This document shows positions 1 through 10,990 of a stretch of 64,000 nt of DNA, piece after piece. The stretch is from assembly GCA_963748285.1 (NCBI GenBank), contig CAVVIF010000009.1, forward strand, positions 1,171,217 to 1,235,216, written 5' to 3'. A model generated the notes under the pieces. The model searched no databases, was not told the origin of the DNA, and saw only the letters and a program-made list of their open reading frames with translations. The translations under genes were made by a program, and so were the position numbers. Origin of the DNA: an uncultured Microthrixaceae bacterium (GTDB lineage: Bacteria; Actinomycetota; Acidimicrobiia; Acidimicrobiales; DATDAH01). Every line of letters begins with the position of its first letter. Position 1 is the stretch's first letter.

Positions 1-852
1 GATGGCCAGCATGGCCAGGGCCCGGCCCGGGCCGCCGTCGGCCAGCGCCAGCAGCACGGCGAACAGGCCGGCGATCACCGCGCCGACGAAGGGCACGAAC
101 GACAGCACGAAGGTGAGGAGCCCGATGGCCAGGGCACTGGGCACGCTGAGCAGGGCCGCGCCGGCACCGATGAGCACGGCGTCGACCGCGGCGATGGCGG
201 CCGTGCCGTACATGTAGCCCTGCAGCTGCTCCCACGCGTGACGGCCGGCCCGGTCGGCGAAGGTCTGGGTCCGTTCGTCGAACACGCCCAGCAGCCGGCG
301 CCACATCAGGTCGCCGTCCCGCAGGACGTAGAAGAGCGCGAACAACATCAGGAACGCCCCGGCGAAGGCCTCGAAGGCGACCGAGGCCACCCGCACCGCC
401 CCCCGCACGCCGGCGTCCTGCAGACCGTCGGCGGAGTCCTCGAACCGAGCCCGGGCGTCGGCCACCGCGTCTTCGCCGAAGCGGTCCGCCGCCAGCTCCT
501 CGAGGTCGTCGACCCCCTCCTCGATGCGGTCGGCGATCACATCGGACTGATCGCTGATGGCGTAGGCGCCGAGGGCGGCGAACCCGGCGAGGGACAGCAG
601 GAGCAACACCAGCCCGATGGCGGCCGCGACCCCCTTCGGCACCCGATGCGCCCGGAGCCAGAGGACCACGGGTCGCAGGTACGCCGACAGGAGCACGGCG
701 AGGAACACCGGCAGCACGATCGGTCGGAGGATGACCAGTACCGCGGCCCCGGCGGCGACGGCCGCGGCCACCACCAGGAGGCGCCAGCTCCAGCCGGCAC
801 TGACGACGAGCCAGCGCGGCACCCTGTCCTGCCCGCCTCGCGCCACCGTCAT
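1..852 (-). CDS. AI-2E family transporter (PerM-like), runs off the window edge
   Basis: Manual translation from the ATG at 852: MTVARGGQDRVPRWLVVSAGWSWRLL...LFALFYVLRDG...LSFVPFVGAVIAG; the FY.LRDG and F.PF.G motifs are typical of AI-2E; absent from the ORF track because no stop lies in the window. Confidence 0.85.
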   Translation of the reverse strand, partial: MTVARGGQDRVPRWLVVSAGWSWRLLVVAAAVAAGAAVLVILRPIVLPVFLAVLLSAYLRPVVLWLRAHRVPKGVAAAIGLVLLLLSLAGFAALGAYAISDQSDVIADRIEEGVDDLEELAADRFGEDAVADARARFEDSADGLQDAGVRGAVRVASVAFEAFAGAFLMLFALFYVLRDGDLMWRRLLGVFDERTQTFADRAGRHAWEQLQGYMYGTAAIAAVDAVLIGAGAALLSVPSALAIGLLTFVLSFVPFVGAVIAGLFAVLLALADGGPGRALAMLAI

Positions 853-874
853 CGGGTGGGCCCAGCTCGGCGGC

Positions 875-2422
875 CTACTCCCACTCGATGGTGCCGGGGG
901 GCTTCGACGTGATGTCGTAGGCCACCCGGTTCACACCGGCCACCTCGCCGATGATCCGCTGGGAGAAGCGCTCCAGGAGGTCGTACGGCAGTCGGGCCCA
1001 GTCGGCGGTCATGGCGTCCTCGCTGGTGACCGCCCGCACGATGATCGGGTAGCCGTAGGTGCGCTCGTCGCCCATGACCCCGACGGAGCGGATGTCGGGC
1101 AGCACGGCGAAGGCCTGCCAGATCTCCCGCTCGAGGCCGGCCGCCCGGACCTCCTCGCGGACGATGGCGTCGGCGTGCTGGAGGATGGCGACCTTCTCGG
1201 CGGTGACCTCGCCCACGATGCGGACACCGAGGCCGGGCCCCGGGAAGGGCTGGCGCCAGACGATCTCGTCGGGCAGGCCGAGCTCGGTGCCCAGGGCCCG
1301 GACCTCGTCCTTGAACAGGGCCCGGAGCGGCTCGACCAGCTCGAAGTCCATGTCCTCGGGGAGGCCGCCGACGTTGTGGTGGCTCTTGATCTTGGCCGCG
1401 TCGGCGGTGCCCGACTCGATGACGTCGGGGTAGAGGGTCCCCTGCACTAGGAACTTGGCGTCGCTGAGCCCGCCGGCGGCGTCCTCGAAGATCCGGATGA
1501 AGAGCTCGCCGATGGACTTGCGCTTCTCCTCGGGGTCGATGACCCCCTCCAGGCGCTCCAGGAAGCGGTCCCCGGCCCGGACGTGGATGAGCTCGATGCC
1601 CTGGTGGCGGCGGAAGGTCTCGACCACCTGCTCGCCCTCGTTCTGGCGCATCAGGCCGGTGTCCACGAACACACAGGTCAGCTGGGAGCCCACGGCGCGG
1701 TGCACCAGCGCGGCGGCCACGGCGGAGTCGACCCCACCGGACAGGCCGCAGACCAGGCGACCGTCGCCCACCTGCTCCCGGATCAGGGCCACCTGGGTCT
1801 CGATGATGGAGCTCGGGGTCCACGTCGGCGGGGCACCCACGGCGTCGTAGAGGAAGTGCTCGAGCACCTCCTGGCCGTAGGCGGTGTGGACGACCTCCGG
1901 GTGGAACTGGACCCCGAAGATTCCCCGCTCGGTGTCCTCCAGGGCGGCGACGGGCACGTCCGCGGTCGTGGCGGTGACCGAGAAGCCCTCCGGGGCGACC
2001 GTGATCGAGTCGAAGTGGCTCATCCACACCTGCTGGTGGGTGGGTTGGGCCGGCCCGAAGAGCAGGCCCTCGCCCTGGACGTCCAGATCGGTGCGGCCGT
2101 ACTCACCCCGGCCGGTGTTGGACACCTCGCCGCCGAGCTGCAGGGCCACGAGCTGGGCGCCGTAGCAGATGCCCAGGATGGGGATGCCGAGGTCGTAGAC
2201 CGCGGGGTCGAGGCGGGGAGCGCCCTCGACGTGGACCGACTTGGGGCCGCCGCTGAGGATCAGGCCGGCCGGCGCCCGCTCGGCGACCTCGGCCGCGGTG
2301 ACCGTGTGGGGGACGATCTCGCTGTAGACGTGGGCTTCCCGGACCCGGCGGGCGATGAGCTGGGCGTACTGCGCGCCGAAGTCGACGACGAGGACGTCGT
2401 GGGTGGTGTCGGCGGGGTTCAG
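875..2422 (-). CDS. guaA: GMP synthase (glutamine-hydrolyzing)
   Basis: [32 protein letters not shown] and KPPGTIEWE motifs; start uncertain (ORF track extends to 2533). Confidence 0.97.
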   Translation of the reverse strand: MNPADTTHDVLVVDFGAQYAQLIARRVREAHVYSEIVPHTVTAAEVAERAPAGLILSGGPKSVHVEGAPRLDPAVYDLGIPILGICYGAQLVALQLGGEVSNTGRGEYGRTDLDVQGEGLLFGPAQPTHQQVWMSHFDSITVAPEGFSVTATTADVPVAALEDTERGIFGVQFHPEVVHTAYGQEVLEHFLYDAVGAPPTWTPSSIIETQVALIREQVGDGRLVCGLSGGVDSAVAAALVHRAVGSQLTCVFVDTGLMRQNEGEQVVETFRRHQGIELIHVRAGDRFLERLEGVIDPEEKRKSIGELFIRIFEDAAGGLSDAKFLVQGTLYPDVIESGTADAAKIKSHHNVGGLPEDMDFELVEPLRALFKDEVRALGTELGLPDEIVWRQPFPGPGLGVRIVGEVTAEKVAILQHADAIVREEVRAAGLEREIWQAFAVLPDIRSVGVMGDERTYGYPIIVRAVTSEDAMTADWARLPYDLLERFSQRIIGEVAGVNRVAYDITSKPPGTIEWE

Positions 2423-3582
2423 TGCCCCATCCCGACGCCTTGGCTCTTCTGGAGGCCCTTGCCCTCGGTCTGGAGCGCGGGGGCCACCATGACCTCGGCC
2501 TTCTGGAACTCCTTCAGGTTGTTGTAGCCACACGTGGCCATCGAGGTGCGCAGGCCGCCGAAGAGGTTCATGCGGCCGTCGTTCTCATGGGCGGGGCCGA
2601 CGAGGATCTCCTCGAGGGTGCCCCGGGTGGTGGTCTGGACCCGGGCGCCGCGGGGCAGCGTCGGGTGGAAGGTGGCCATGCCCCAGTGGTAGCCGCGACC
2701 CGGGGCCTCCTGGGCGGCGGCGAGGGGCGAGCCGATCATCACCGCGTCGGCGCCGCAGACGATGGCCTTGGAGATGTCGCCCCCGGTGCCCATGCCGCCG
2801 TCGGCGATGACGTGGACGTAGACGCCGGTCTCGTCGAGGTGGCGCATGCGGGCGGCGCGGGCGTCGGCGATGGCGGTGGCCTGCGGGACCCCGATGCCGA
2901 GGACGCCGCGGGTGGTGCAGGCGTGGCCCGGGCCGACCCCGACGAGCACGCCGGCGGCGCCCGTGCGCATGAGGTGCAGGGCGGCCTGGTAGCTGGCACA
3001 GCCGCCGACGATCACGGGGATGTCGAGCTCGCGCACGAACTCCTTGAGGTTGAGCGGCTCCGCGGTCTTGGAGACGTGCTCGGCGGACACGACGGTGCCC
3101 TGGATGACGAGCATGTCGGCCTCGGCCTCGATGACGTGGGGGGCGAACGATGCGGTGCGCTGGGGCGTGACCGACACGCAGGAGGTGACCCCGGCGGCGT
3201 TGATCTCCCGGATGCGCTCCCCGATCAGCTCGGGCTTGATCGGCTCCTGGTAGATGTCCTGCATCCGCCGGGTGGCCTTCTCGGTGTCGAGGTCGCTGAT
3301 CTCCTCGAGCAGGGTGTCGGGGTCCTCGTAGCGGGTCCACAGGCCCTCGAGGTTGAGCACACCCACCCCGCCCAGCCGGCCGATCTCGATGGCGGTGGCG
3401 GGGCTGACCACGCCGTCCATGGCCGAGGCCATGAGGGGGAGCTCGAAGCGGTAGGCGTCGATCTCCCAGCTGATGTCGACGTCCTCGGGGTCCCGGGTCC
3501 GGCGACTCGGCACGATGGCGATGTCGTCGAATCCGTAGGCCCGGCGGCCCGACTTCCCGAGCCCGATCTCGATCTCTGCCAC
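2419..3582 (-). CDS. guaB3: GuaB3-family IMP dehydrogenase-related protein
   Basis: [31 protein letters not shown]-terminus, ACTTR catalytic loop, no CBS pair, adjacent to guaA. Confidence 0.93.
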   Translation of the reverse strand: MAEIEIGLGKSGRRAYGFDDIAIVPSRRTRDPEDVDISWEIDAYRFELPLMASAMDGVVSPATAIEIGRLGGVGVLNLEGLWTRYEDPDTLLEEISDLDTEKATRRMQDIYQEPIKPELIGERIREINAAGVTSCVSVTPQRTASFAPHVIEAEADMLVIQGTVVSAEHVSKTAEPLNLKEFVRELDIPVIVGGCASYQAALHLMRTGAAGVLVGVGPGHACTTRGVLGIGVPQATAIADARAARMRHLDETGVYVHVIADGGMGTGGDISKAIVCGADAVMIGSPLAAAQEAPGRGYHWGMATFHPTLPRGARVQTTTRGTLEEILVGPAHENDGRMNLFGGLRTSMATCGYNNLKEFQKAEVMVAPALQTEGKGLQKSQGVGMGH

Positions 3583-3669
3583 GTCAGCTCCCCAGCTCTT
3601 GGCGGTGGTGGGAAACCTCGGAGTCTAGTGGCGCGGCCGACCCCGTTCGGTGGATGCCTCTGAGCGGGC

Positions 3670-4059
3670 TCAGCCGCCGGTGAGCTGGCGGAGGATCTGC
3701 TTGGCCAGGGTGGCGTTCATCTGGAAGACGGCCTTCTGGCCGGTGTCCCGGACGTCCTTGACCAGGGTGCCGCCCGACAGCTCCTCGACCCGGGCCAGGC
3801 CGTCGATGAGCCGGTCCCGGGTCACGTCGGTGGCCCGGTAGCCCATGTCGGTCAGGGACTTCACGACCTCGTTCTCGGCCACGGGGCGGGGGGCGGCGGC
3901 GGCGATGATGCGCAGCGCGTCCTTGTAGAGCCCGGCCCCCTGCTCGATGGCTTCGGAGGCCGAGAGGCGCTCCGGCTCCTCGACGGTGGCCAACCAGGTC
4001 TTCACCTGGTCGACGACGTCGCCGTGGGTGGCGCCCTCGAAGGTGACCGTGACGGTCAT
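3670..4059 (-). CDS. Hypothetical protein (129 aa)
   Basis: MTVTVTFEGATHG... C-terminal part of ORF 3670..4653; its ATG overlaps the upstream stop (ATGA); protein-like composition. Confidence 0.75.
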   Translation of the reverse strand: MTVTVTFEGATHGDVVDQVKTWLATVEEPERLSASEAIEQGAGLYKDALRIIAAAAPRPVAENEVVKSLTDMGYRATDVTRDRLIDGLARVEELSGGTLVKDVRDTGQKAVFQMNATLAKQILRQLTGG

Positions 4060-5486
4060 GGGTTCACCGTACCGGCGTCCGCCAGGGACGTCAGGTGATC
4101 CCACAGGGCCCGCACGTGCTGCTCCTCGGTGTGGGTCTGGCCGATCGACACCCGGAGGACCAGTCGACCGTCCAACCGGGTGTGGGTCAGGTGCTGCTCG
4201 CCCGAGGCGTTGACGGCGTCGAGCAGGGCCTGCGTGGCGGCGTCTCCCTCGACGTGGCGCAGGCACACCAGGCCCAACCGGGGTGGCGCGGCCAGGACAA
4301 ACCGCTCGTCGGTGCGGACCCAGCCGACCAGCGCCTCGGCCAGCGCCACGTGGCGCCGGACGTGGTGGGCCAGGCCCTCGGCGCCGTAGTGGCGGATCAC
4401 GAACCAGAGCTTGAGGGCCCGGAAACGGCGTCCCAGCGGGATCTGCCAGTCCCGGTAGTCGATCACCGCCCCCGAGGCGGTGGCCTCGTTGCGGAGGTAC
4501 TCGGGGAGGATCGAGAGGGCGTCCAGCAACGCACCCCTGTCCACGACCCAGAAACAGGTGCAGTCGAAGTTGGTGAAGAGCCACTTGTGGGGGTTGAAGG
4601 CGTAGCTGTCGGCCTGGTCCAGGCCGTCGTTCACCCAGCGCAGCTCCGGGCACACCGCGGCCGAGCCCGCCATGGCCCCGTCCACATGGAGCCAGACCCC
4701 CTGATCGGCGACCACGTCGGCCAGCGCGGCGACCGGGTCGACGGCCAGCGAGGACGTCGTGCCCACCGTCGCACAGCAGAAGAACGGCCTCCGGCCGGCG
4801 GCGCGGTCCTCCGCCATCGCCGCGGCCAGGGCCTCGGGACGCATCGCGTGGTCCTCGTCGACGGCCACCACCCGCACCTGGTCCGCGGCCAGCCCGGCGA
4901 CCCGGGCCCCCTTCTCCAGGCTGGAATGGGTGTGGGCCGACGCGTAGGCCACCAGGTCACCCAGGGCGGCACCGGCCCGCACCGCCCGCTCCCGGGCCGC
5001 GAGCAGCGCGCACAACGTGGCCGAGGAGGCGCTGTCCTCGAGGACGCCGCCCCCGGCGCCGTCGGAGCGGAACCGGTCCGGCAGGCCCAGCAGCTCGACC
5101 ATCCAGTCCAAGACGTGGGTCTCCAGCTCGGTGCACGCCGGGCTGGTCGCCCAGAGCATCCCCTGGACCCCGAGGCCGGCGGCGAGCAGCTCGCCCAGCA
5201 CCGAGGGGCCCGAGCTGTTCGCCGGGAAGTAGGCGAACCAGTTCGGCGACTGCCAGTGGGTGATCCCCGGCAGGATCACGCGGTCCACGTCGGCCAGGAC
5301 GTCGGCCCAGGGCTCGGGCTGCTGGGGCGGGTGGGGCGGCAGGGCGGCCCGGACGTCGCCGGGCGCGACGGGCGAGCCCACGGGGAGGTCCGCCACGGTC
5401 TCCATGTAGCGGGCGATCCACTCGATGACCTCGGCCCCCTGGCGCCGGAACTCGTCGGGGGTCAGGTGGAACGACGTCTGGCTCAC
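4056..5486 (-). CDS. PLP-dependent aromatic L-amino acid decarboxylase (DDC family)
   Basis: PGITHWQSPNWFAYFP, SPACTELE, LHVDGAMAG, FNPHKW (PLP Lys), DYRDWQIPLGRRFRALKLW. Confidence 0.93.
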   Translation of the reverse strand: MSQTSFHLTPDEFRRQGAEVIEWIARYMETVADLPVGSPVAPGDVRAALPPHPPQQPEPWADVLADVDRVILPGITHWQSPNWFAYFPANSSGPSVLGELLAAGLGVQGMLWATSPACTELETHVLDWMVELLGLPDRFRSDGAGGGVLEDSASSATLCALLAARERAVRAGAALGDLVAYASAHTHSSLEKGARVAGLAADQVRVVAVDEDHAMRPEALAAAMAEDRAAGRRPFFCCATVGTTSSLAVDPVAALADVVADQGVWLHVDGAMAGSAAVCPELRWVNDGLDQADSYAFNPHKWLFTNFDCTCFWVVDRGALLDALSILPEYLRNEATASGAVIDYRDWQIPLGRRFRALKLWFVIRHYGAEGLAHHVRRHVALAEALVGWVRTDERFVLAAPPRLGLVCLRHVEGDAATQALLDAVNASGEQHLTHTRLDGRLVLRVSIGQTHTEEQHVRALWDHLTSLADAGTVNP

Positions 5487-5522
5487 CCCGTCAGCCTGCC
5501 CGGTGGCCGGCCGGACGCCCGA

Positions 5523-5565
5523 TCACCCGGTCAGAGGAGGTCCGGCCCCCGCGAGTGCATAAGGT
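5523..5565 (+). promoter_or_regulatory. Putative promoter: degenerate TCAC-box plus TAAGGT -10 element
   Basis: TCACCCGGTCAGAGGA at 5523-5538 and TAAGGT at 5560-5565 upstream of the SHOCT gene. Confidence 0.35.
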
Positions 5566-5611
5566 CTTAGCACCGGGCGACGAAGCCCGGGCCCTACGAA
5601 AGGATCGCCGA

Positions 5612-6010
5612 ATGGTTCTGGCCGCAGATTTCGGTCTTGGCGAAGTGCTGTGGACGATGTTCGTCCTGTTCATGTGGATCATCTGGTTCTGGCTGCTGAT
5701 CAGTGTCTTCAGCGACCTCTTCCGTGACCACGAGACGTCCGGCGGGGCGAAGGCTGCCTGGTGCATCTTCGTCATCCTGCTCCCGTTCCTGGGTGTGTTC
5801 GTCTACCTGCTGGCCCGTGGTGGCGGCATGGCGGAGCGCTCCATGAAGCAGCAGCAGGCCGCACAGGCCCAGTTCGAGTCCTACGTCCGTGAGACGGCGA
5901 GCACCAGCAGCGGTGCGGCGGGCGAGATCGCCCACGCCAAGAAGCTGCTGGACGACGGCACGCTCAGCCAGGCGGAGTTCGACGCCCTGAAGGCCAAGGC
6001 CCTCAGCTGA
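5612..6010 (+). CDS. Membrane protein with PLDc_N-like N-terminus and C-terminal SHOCT domain
   Basis: Two TM segments around DLFRDHETSGGAKAAW; C-terminus EIAHAKKLLDDGTLSQAEFDALKAKALS is SHOCT-like. Confidence 0.88.
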   Translation: MVLAADFGLGEVLWTMFVLFMWIIWFWLLISVFSDLFRDHETSGGAKAAWCIFVILLPFLGVFVYLLARGGGMAERSMKQQQAAQAQFESYVRETASTSSGAAGEIAHAKKLLDDGTLSQAEFDALKAKALS

Positions 6011-6016
6011 GGTCGC

Positions 6017-6054
6017 GTACCGCCGCCCCCACCTCCCGGAGGGGGCGGCGGTAC
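6017..6054 (+). terminator. Strong stem-loop after the SHOCT gene
   Basis: GTACCGCCGCCCCC-N10-GGGGGCGGCGGTAC, perfect 14-bp stem, weak U tail. Confidence 0.55.
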
Positions 6055-6128
6055 CGCCTCTTGCCCCTGCCGCCCATTGGCCGATGGGGTGAGATGACTG
6101 CACGCCGGATCCTGCGAGGAGCTGCCTC

Positions 6129-7499
6129 ATGAACGCGTCCGTGGCCGAACGGCAGGCCGAGGGCAGGGCCCACCGCAAGGTGGTCCCCCGCTCCTCGCAC
6201 GGCGCATGGGAACCGCCCGCCGGACGCCCCGACCCCGTCGCAATGGTCGTGGCCGCCAACGTCGGCCGGCTGCCGTGGCTGGTCCCGATCCGTCACGGCC
6301 GCATGGCCACCAGTGCGTTCGCCTTCTACCGGGGAACGGCCGACATCATGGCCGCCGACCTGGCGACCACCCCGACCAGCGGGCTCCGGGCCCAGATCTG
6401 TGGGGACGCCCACCTCGCCAACTTCGGGTTCTACTTCTCACCGGACCGCCGTCTCGTCTTCGACCTCAACGACTTCGACGAGACCCTGGTCGGCCCCTGG
6501 GAATGGGACATCAAACGACTCGCGGCCAGCTTCGCGGTCGGGGCCCGCCATTCCGGCCTCGGCGCCGGCGTCGCCGGTCGGGCCGCCCGACGGGCCACCG
6601 AGTCCTATCGGACCGCCATGCACGAGTTCGCCGAGGACCGGACCCTCGAGGTCTGGTACGCCCGGCTGGAGCTCGACGACGTCCTGGCTCGAATGCCCGA
6701 CGCCTTGGCCAAGCGCGGCCGACGCGCCGGTCGGTCGTGGAGCGGTCGGGACAGCATCCAGGCGTCGCGGAAGCTGACCGAGGAGGTCGACGGCGTTCGT
6801 CAGATCCGCTCCGCCCCACCCGAGCTCGTACCCGTGCGGGACCTCACCGAGGCCCAGCTCGGCCAGAGCGACGAGGCGATGCAGCGCGCCATCGGCGAAG
6901 CGCTCCATCGCTACCGCCGGAGCCTGGCCCCCAACCTCCACGTCCTCCTCGACCGCTTCCGCCTGGTCGACGTCGCCCTGAAGGTCGTGGGGGTGGGCAG
7001 CGTGGGCACCCGGTGCTGGATCGTGCTGTTCGAGGGGAGGGACGGCGAGGACCCGTTGTTCCTCCAGCTCAAGGAGGCCGGGCCCTCGGTCCTCGAGGCC
7101 CACCTCCGCAAGTCGCGCTTCCGTCACTTCGGCCGGCGAGTGGTCGAGGGCCAGCAGCTCATGCAGGCCAGTCGGGACATCTTCCTGGGCTGGACCAACG
7201 GTGTCGACGGCCGCGCCATGTACGTCCGCCAGCTCCGCGACGGCAAGGGCTCGGTCGACTCCGACCGGCTGGGGGCCGCCGACCTCACCGCCTACGCCGA
7301 CGTGTGCGGCCACACCTTGGCCCGGGCCCACGCCCGCTCCGGCGACCCCGTCGCCATCGCCGCCTACCTCGGCTCGGGCGACACGTTCGACCGGGCCATG
7401 GCCGAGTTCGGCGAGGCCTACGCCGAGCAGGCCGTCCAGGACCACGCCCGCTTCCTCGACGCCATCGACGCCGGCCGCCTGTCGGCCACCCTCGGCTGA
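6129..7499 (+). CDS. DUF2252 family protein (kinase-like fold)
   Basis: RHGRM..SAFAFYRG, ICGDAHLANFG, FDLNDFDET, KVVGVGSVGTRC, YVRQLRD, LARAHARSGD. Confidence 0.92.
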   Translation: MNASVAERQAEGRAHRKVVPRSSHGAWEPPAGRPDPVAMVVAANVGRLPWLVPIRHGRMATSAFAFYRGTADIMAADLATTPTSGLRAQICGDAHLANFGFYFSPDRRLVFDLNDFDETLVGPWEWDIKRLAASFAVGARHSGLGAGVAGRAARRATESYRTAMHEFAEDRTLEVWYARLELDDVLARMPDALAKRGRRAGRSWSGRDSIQASRKLTEEVDGVRQIRSAPPELVPVRDLTEAQLGQSDEAMQRAIGEALHRYRRSLAPNLHVLLDRFRLVDVALKVVGVGSVGTRCWIVLFEGRDGEDPLFLQLKEAGPSVLEAHLRKSRFRHFGRRVVEGQQLMQASRDIFLGWTNGVDGRAMYVRQLRDGKGSVDSDRLGAADLTAYADVCGHTLARAHARSGDPVAIAAYLGSGDTFDRAMAEFGEAYAEQAVQDHARFLDAIDAGRLSATLG

Positions 7500-7529
7500 C
7501 CGCCCCGGTCAGTACTCTGCATCGGAGAA

Positions 7530-7546
7530 TCACACAGACCGGGTGA
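7530..7546. promoter_or_regulatory. Putative operator TCAC-N9-GTGA
   Basis: TCACACAGACCGGGTGA about 60 nt upstream of the HdeD-like gene; similar site at 26335. Confidence 0.45.
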
Positions 7547-7606
7547 TGTGACCCGCGGGCGCGCCCGCGATGATCACCTGGTCGCCGACGAGGGAAGGTC
7601 GTTTCC

Positions 7607-8174
7607 GTGGCCGAGAGCACCGAGATACCGCCACCGCCGCAGCCGGCCGAGTACGAGGGCGTGGACCGGTCGACCGGCACCGTCCTCGTGGTCGTCGGGG
7701 TCGCCCTCGTGATCCTGGGCCTCGTCCTGCTGGCCAACCCCTTCGCCGCCATCTGGATCCTCGGGGTCCTCATCGGGGTGTCGCTCATCATCGGGGGCCT
7801 GGCCGAGATGGCCTCCTCCCGAGGCAGCGCCGGGGCCCCACTGGCCCTCCCTGGTGATCGGTGGCCTCGTGATCGTCGCCGGTGTCGCCGCCGCCGTCTG
7901 GCCCGACGCCACCGTGTGGGTCCTCGCCGTGGTCGCCGGGCTCGGCCTGGCCATCAGCGGCGCGGTGGCCCTCATCGGCGCCCTGGTCGGCGGTGAGGAC
8001 GGACGGGGCCTGCGCCTCGTCCTCGGCGGGGTGAGCCTGGTCATCGGCCTCGCCGTCCTGGCCTGGCCCGACGCCACGCTCCTCGTCCTCGCCATCCTCA
8101 TCGGGCTCCGCACCCTGATCAACGGGCTGGTCAGCATCGGGATCGGAATCAACATCCGGAGGCACGCGGCATGA
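7607..8174 (+). CDS. HdeD/DUF308 family membrane protein (frameshift near 7820-7855)
   Basis: ORFs 7607.. and 7854..8174 join into a repeated TM-hairpin protein (LANPFAA, WPDATV, WPDATL). Confidence 0.75.
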
Positions 8175-9572
8175 GCGACGACGACATCCCCACCGAGATC
8201 GACCCGCCCGACAAGGCGACCCTCGACGTCGAGGCCCTCAGGGCCGAGCGCGACGCCTTGGCCCACGAGGTCGAGGTGCTCCGGGCTCCGAAGCCGCGAA
8301 GGCACCGGTTCCGAGGCGTGCTCGCCGTCATCGGCGTGGTCCTGTCCTGCGTGCTCCTGCTGGCCGCCTGCCTGGGCGTGTTCGCCCGTCGGAGCTTCCT
8401 CAAGACGGACAACTTCAGCAACCGAGCCGGCGCACTGATCGACGATCCGGGTGTGCAGAGCGCCCTCGAGCGCGTACCTCACCGACCAGCTCAACCAGCT
8501 CATCGACCCGCAGGAGATCCTCCAGGACGCGCTGCCCGACCGCGCCCAGATCCTCGCCATCCCGCTGTCGGGGGCGGTCGAGGGCTTCGTCGGTGATCAG
8601 GTCTCCACCTTTGTGGCGTCCGACACCTTCGCCGAGCTCTGGAAGTCCGCTGTCTCGACCGCACACCGCGAGGTGGTCCGCGTGCTCGAGGGCAACACGC
8701 CCCTCCTGGAGGAGAGCAACGATCGCATCGTCATAAACCTCCTCCCGGTGATCAACAGCGTGTTGGCCCAGATCGGCGAGCAGTCGCCCGACATCTTCGG
8801 CCGCAGCGTCGACCTGCCGACCATCACCGTGGACGACGTCCCCGATGCCGCTCGCGAGGCCATCGGCGACGCCCTCGGGTCACCCTCGACGACAACTTCG
8901 GCACCTTCACCGTCTACGACGACGGCGCCCTGAGCTCGGCCCAGGAGGCGGTCGGTCTGGCGGACAAGCTGGTCTGGGTGCTGGTGGTGCTGGCCCCGTT
9001 GGCCATCTCGGCACCCTCGCCGTGTCGCCCCGGCGGCGGCGGACGCTGCTGCAGCTGACCGTCGGGGTCGTGTTGAGCATGGTGCTCCTCCGCCGCCTCG
9101 TGTTCCTGTTCCAGAAGGATCTGCTGGACTACGTCCGGATCGAGAGCAACGTCCCCGCCGTGCAGGCAACCAGCGAGGCGTTCCTCGACCCCCTGACCAC
9201 CGGCGCGCTCTGGGTGGGCATCGGGGCCTTGGTCATCGCCGCCGTCGCCCTGGTCACGGGCCCCTACGCGTGGGCCGTGCGCTTGCGCCAAGGCGTGGTC
9301 GGGGCCGGCAGGAGGCGGCACCCGTCGTGAACGGATCCCAGGATCCCACCACCATCGAGTGGGTCAGGGCCAACGTCGACCGCCTGCGCATCGGTGGCGC
9401 CGTGGTCGGCCTGGTTCTGCTCTGGTGGCTCGACCTGTCGTGGCTCGGCCTCCTCCTGCTCGCACTGCTCGTCGGGGCCTACGAGCTGGTGGTGCACCGT
9501 CTGGCCGAGCAGGCCGCCGAGCCCGAGGACGAGCCCGACGTCGAGGTGCAGCCGGTCGACGCCGTGACCTGA
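8171..9572 (+). CDS. Integral membrane protein of unknown function (about four apparent frameshifts)
   Basis: Coding signal passes through ORFs 8171, 8451, 8845 and 9270; TM, large extracytoplasmic helical region, then several TMs; starts at an ATGA overlap. Confidence 0.65.
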
Positions 9573-9578
9573 TGGCCG

Positions 9579-10847
9579 TCAGCCCGAGAGCCGCGGGCCC
9601 CGGGGCCGCACGTCGGTGGCCGGTCGGGACTCCATGAGGTCGTCGCGGTCCGGGTGCCGTCGGTACCACTGCCCGTAGCGGCGGGCCGCAGGAGCCGCCG
9701 TCAGCCCGTGCAGCAGGATGCTCAGGGCGACGGTCGCGCCCACCACCCGGACGATGAGCGGGGTCTCCTCGAGGCCGGACTCCGCCACCAGGTCGAGGGC
9801 GAACACGATCGAGGCCAACCCCCGCGGCCCGAACCAGCCCACGAAGGTCACGGTGATCGGTCGGGGGTCGGTACCGACCATCGAGAGGGCGACCGGGCCC
9901 ATCCGCACGACGGTGAGGCTGAGGACGGCGTACGCCACCACCGCCCAGGTGAGGTCGCCGAGCACCGGGCCGAGGGCCACGGCCCCGAAGACCAGGAAGG
10001 TCATCGCCCCGAGCAGCTCACCCAAGCCGTCGGCGAATGCAGTCGGCAGGCCCTCCCGGCCGGCGACGCGGCCGAAGGCCAGGCCGGCGACGAACGCGGC
10101 GATGAACCCGCTGCCGTGGAACAAGACGGCCAGCCCGAAGGCCGCGGCGGGAACGGCGACCAAGGCGATGGCGTGCCACGACGCCTCGATCCAGCCCCGC
10201 CGGAGCGCGTAGCGGAGGGCGAGGGCGCCGAACACACCCGCCGCCAGCCCACCGAGCAACCCGCCACCGATCTCCTCGACGACGACCCGGAGCGCCTCAC
10301 CCCGGGCCAGACCCTCCTCGGACTCGGCCAGGGTCAGGAAGATGGCGACGAGGGGGACGCACAGGCCGTCGTTCAGCCCGCTCTCGACGTTGAGGCCCTG
10401 GCGGATGCGGGAGGGCAACGACGGATCCGTGATCACGGCCTGGCCCAGTGCGGCGTCGGTCGGCGCCAGCACGGTGGCCAGCACCGCGGCGGGCCAGAGA
10501 CCGAGGTCGTCGAACAGGAGGAGGGCCACCCCGGTTCCGGCCAGGATGGTCAGCGGCAGGCCGACGCCGAGCAGGCGTCGGGGCAGGTCGATCTCCTGGC
10601 GCAGGGCCGGGATGTCGATGCGGACGGCGTCCGTGAACAGGACGACGGTGAGGGTCGCGGTGGTCAGGGCCTGGATCGCCCCGACGGAGAAGTGGAGGTC
10701 GATCCACCCGAGCCCGCTGCCCCCGACTGCGAGGCCGAAGCCCACGAAGACCATCGCCGGGGTCACGACGGTGCCCTGCAGGCGGCCGGAGACCGCGGCG
10801 TAGCCCAGGACCGCGACCGCCAGGACCGTCAGGTCACCGCCGTCCAT
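9579..10847 (-). CDS. Cation:proton antiporter (CPA1/NhaP family)
   Basis: LAPTDAAL, NVESGLNDG, GWFGPRGLASIVF motifs. Confidence 0.92.
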   Translation of the reverse strand: MDGGDLTVLAVAVLGYAAVSGRLQGTVVTPAMVFVGFGLAVGGSGLGWIDLHFSVGAIQALTTATLTVVLFTDAVRIDIPALRQEIDLPRRLLGVGLPLTILAGTGVALLLFDDLGLWPAAVLATVLAPTDAALGQAVITDPSLPSRIRQGLNVESGLNDGLCVPLVAIFLTLAESEEGLARGEALRVVVEEIGGGLLGGLAAGVFGALALRYALRRGWIEASWHAIALVAVPAAAFGLAVLFHGSGFIAAFVAGLAFGRVAGREGLPTAFADGLGELLGAMTFLVFGAVALGPVLGDLTWAVVAYAVLSLTVVRMGPVALSMVGTDPRPITVTFVGWFGPRGLASIVFALDLVAESGLEETPLIVRVVGATVALSILLHGLTAAPAARRYGQWYRRHPDRDDLMESRPATDVRPRGPRLSG

Positions 10848-10990
10848 GGTCGTCCCCCCTCGTCGTCGGTCGGATCGGTCCCCACGGCGGGGCCCGCCCT
10901 CGACAACCCGGTCCGCAGTCTGGCGCGCCCGGGCCGCAGCGACTACAACCAGGGAACACACAGGGCAGGCTGCCCCCAGGAGAGGACGCG

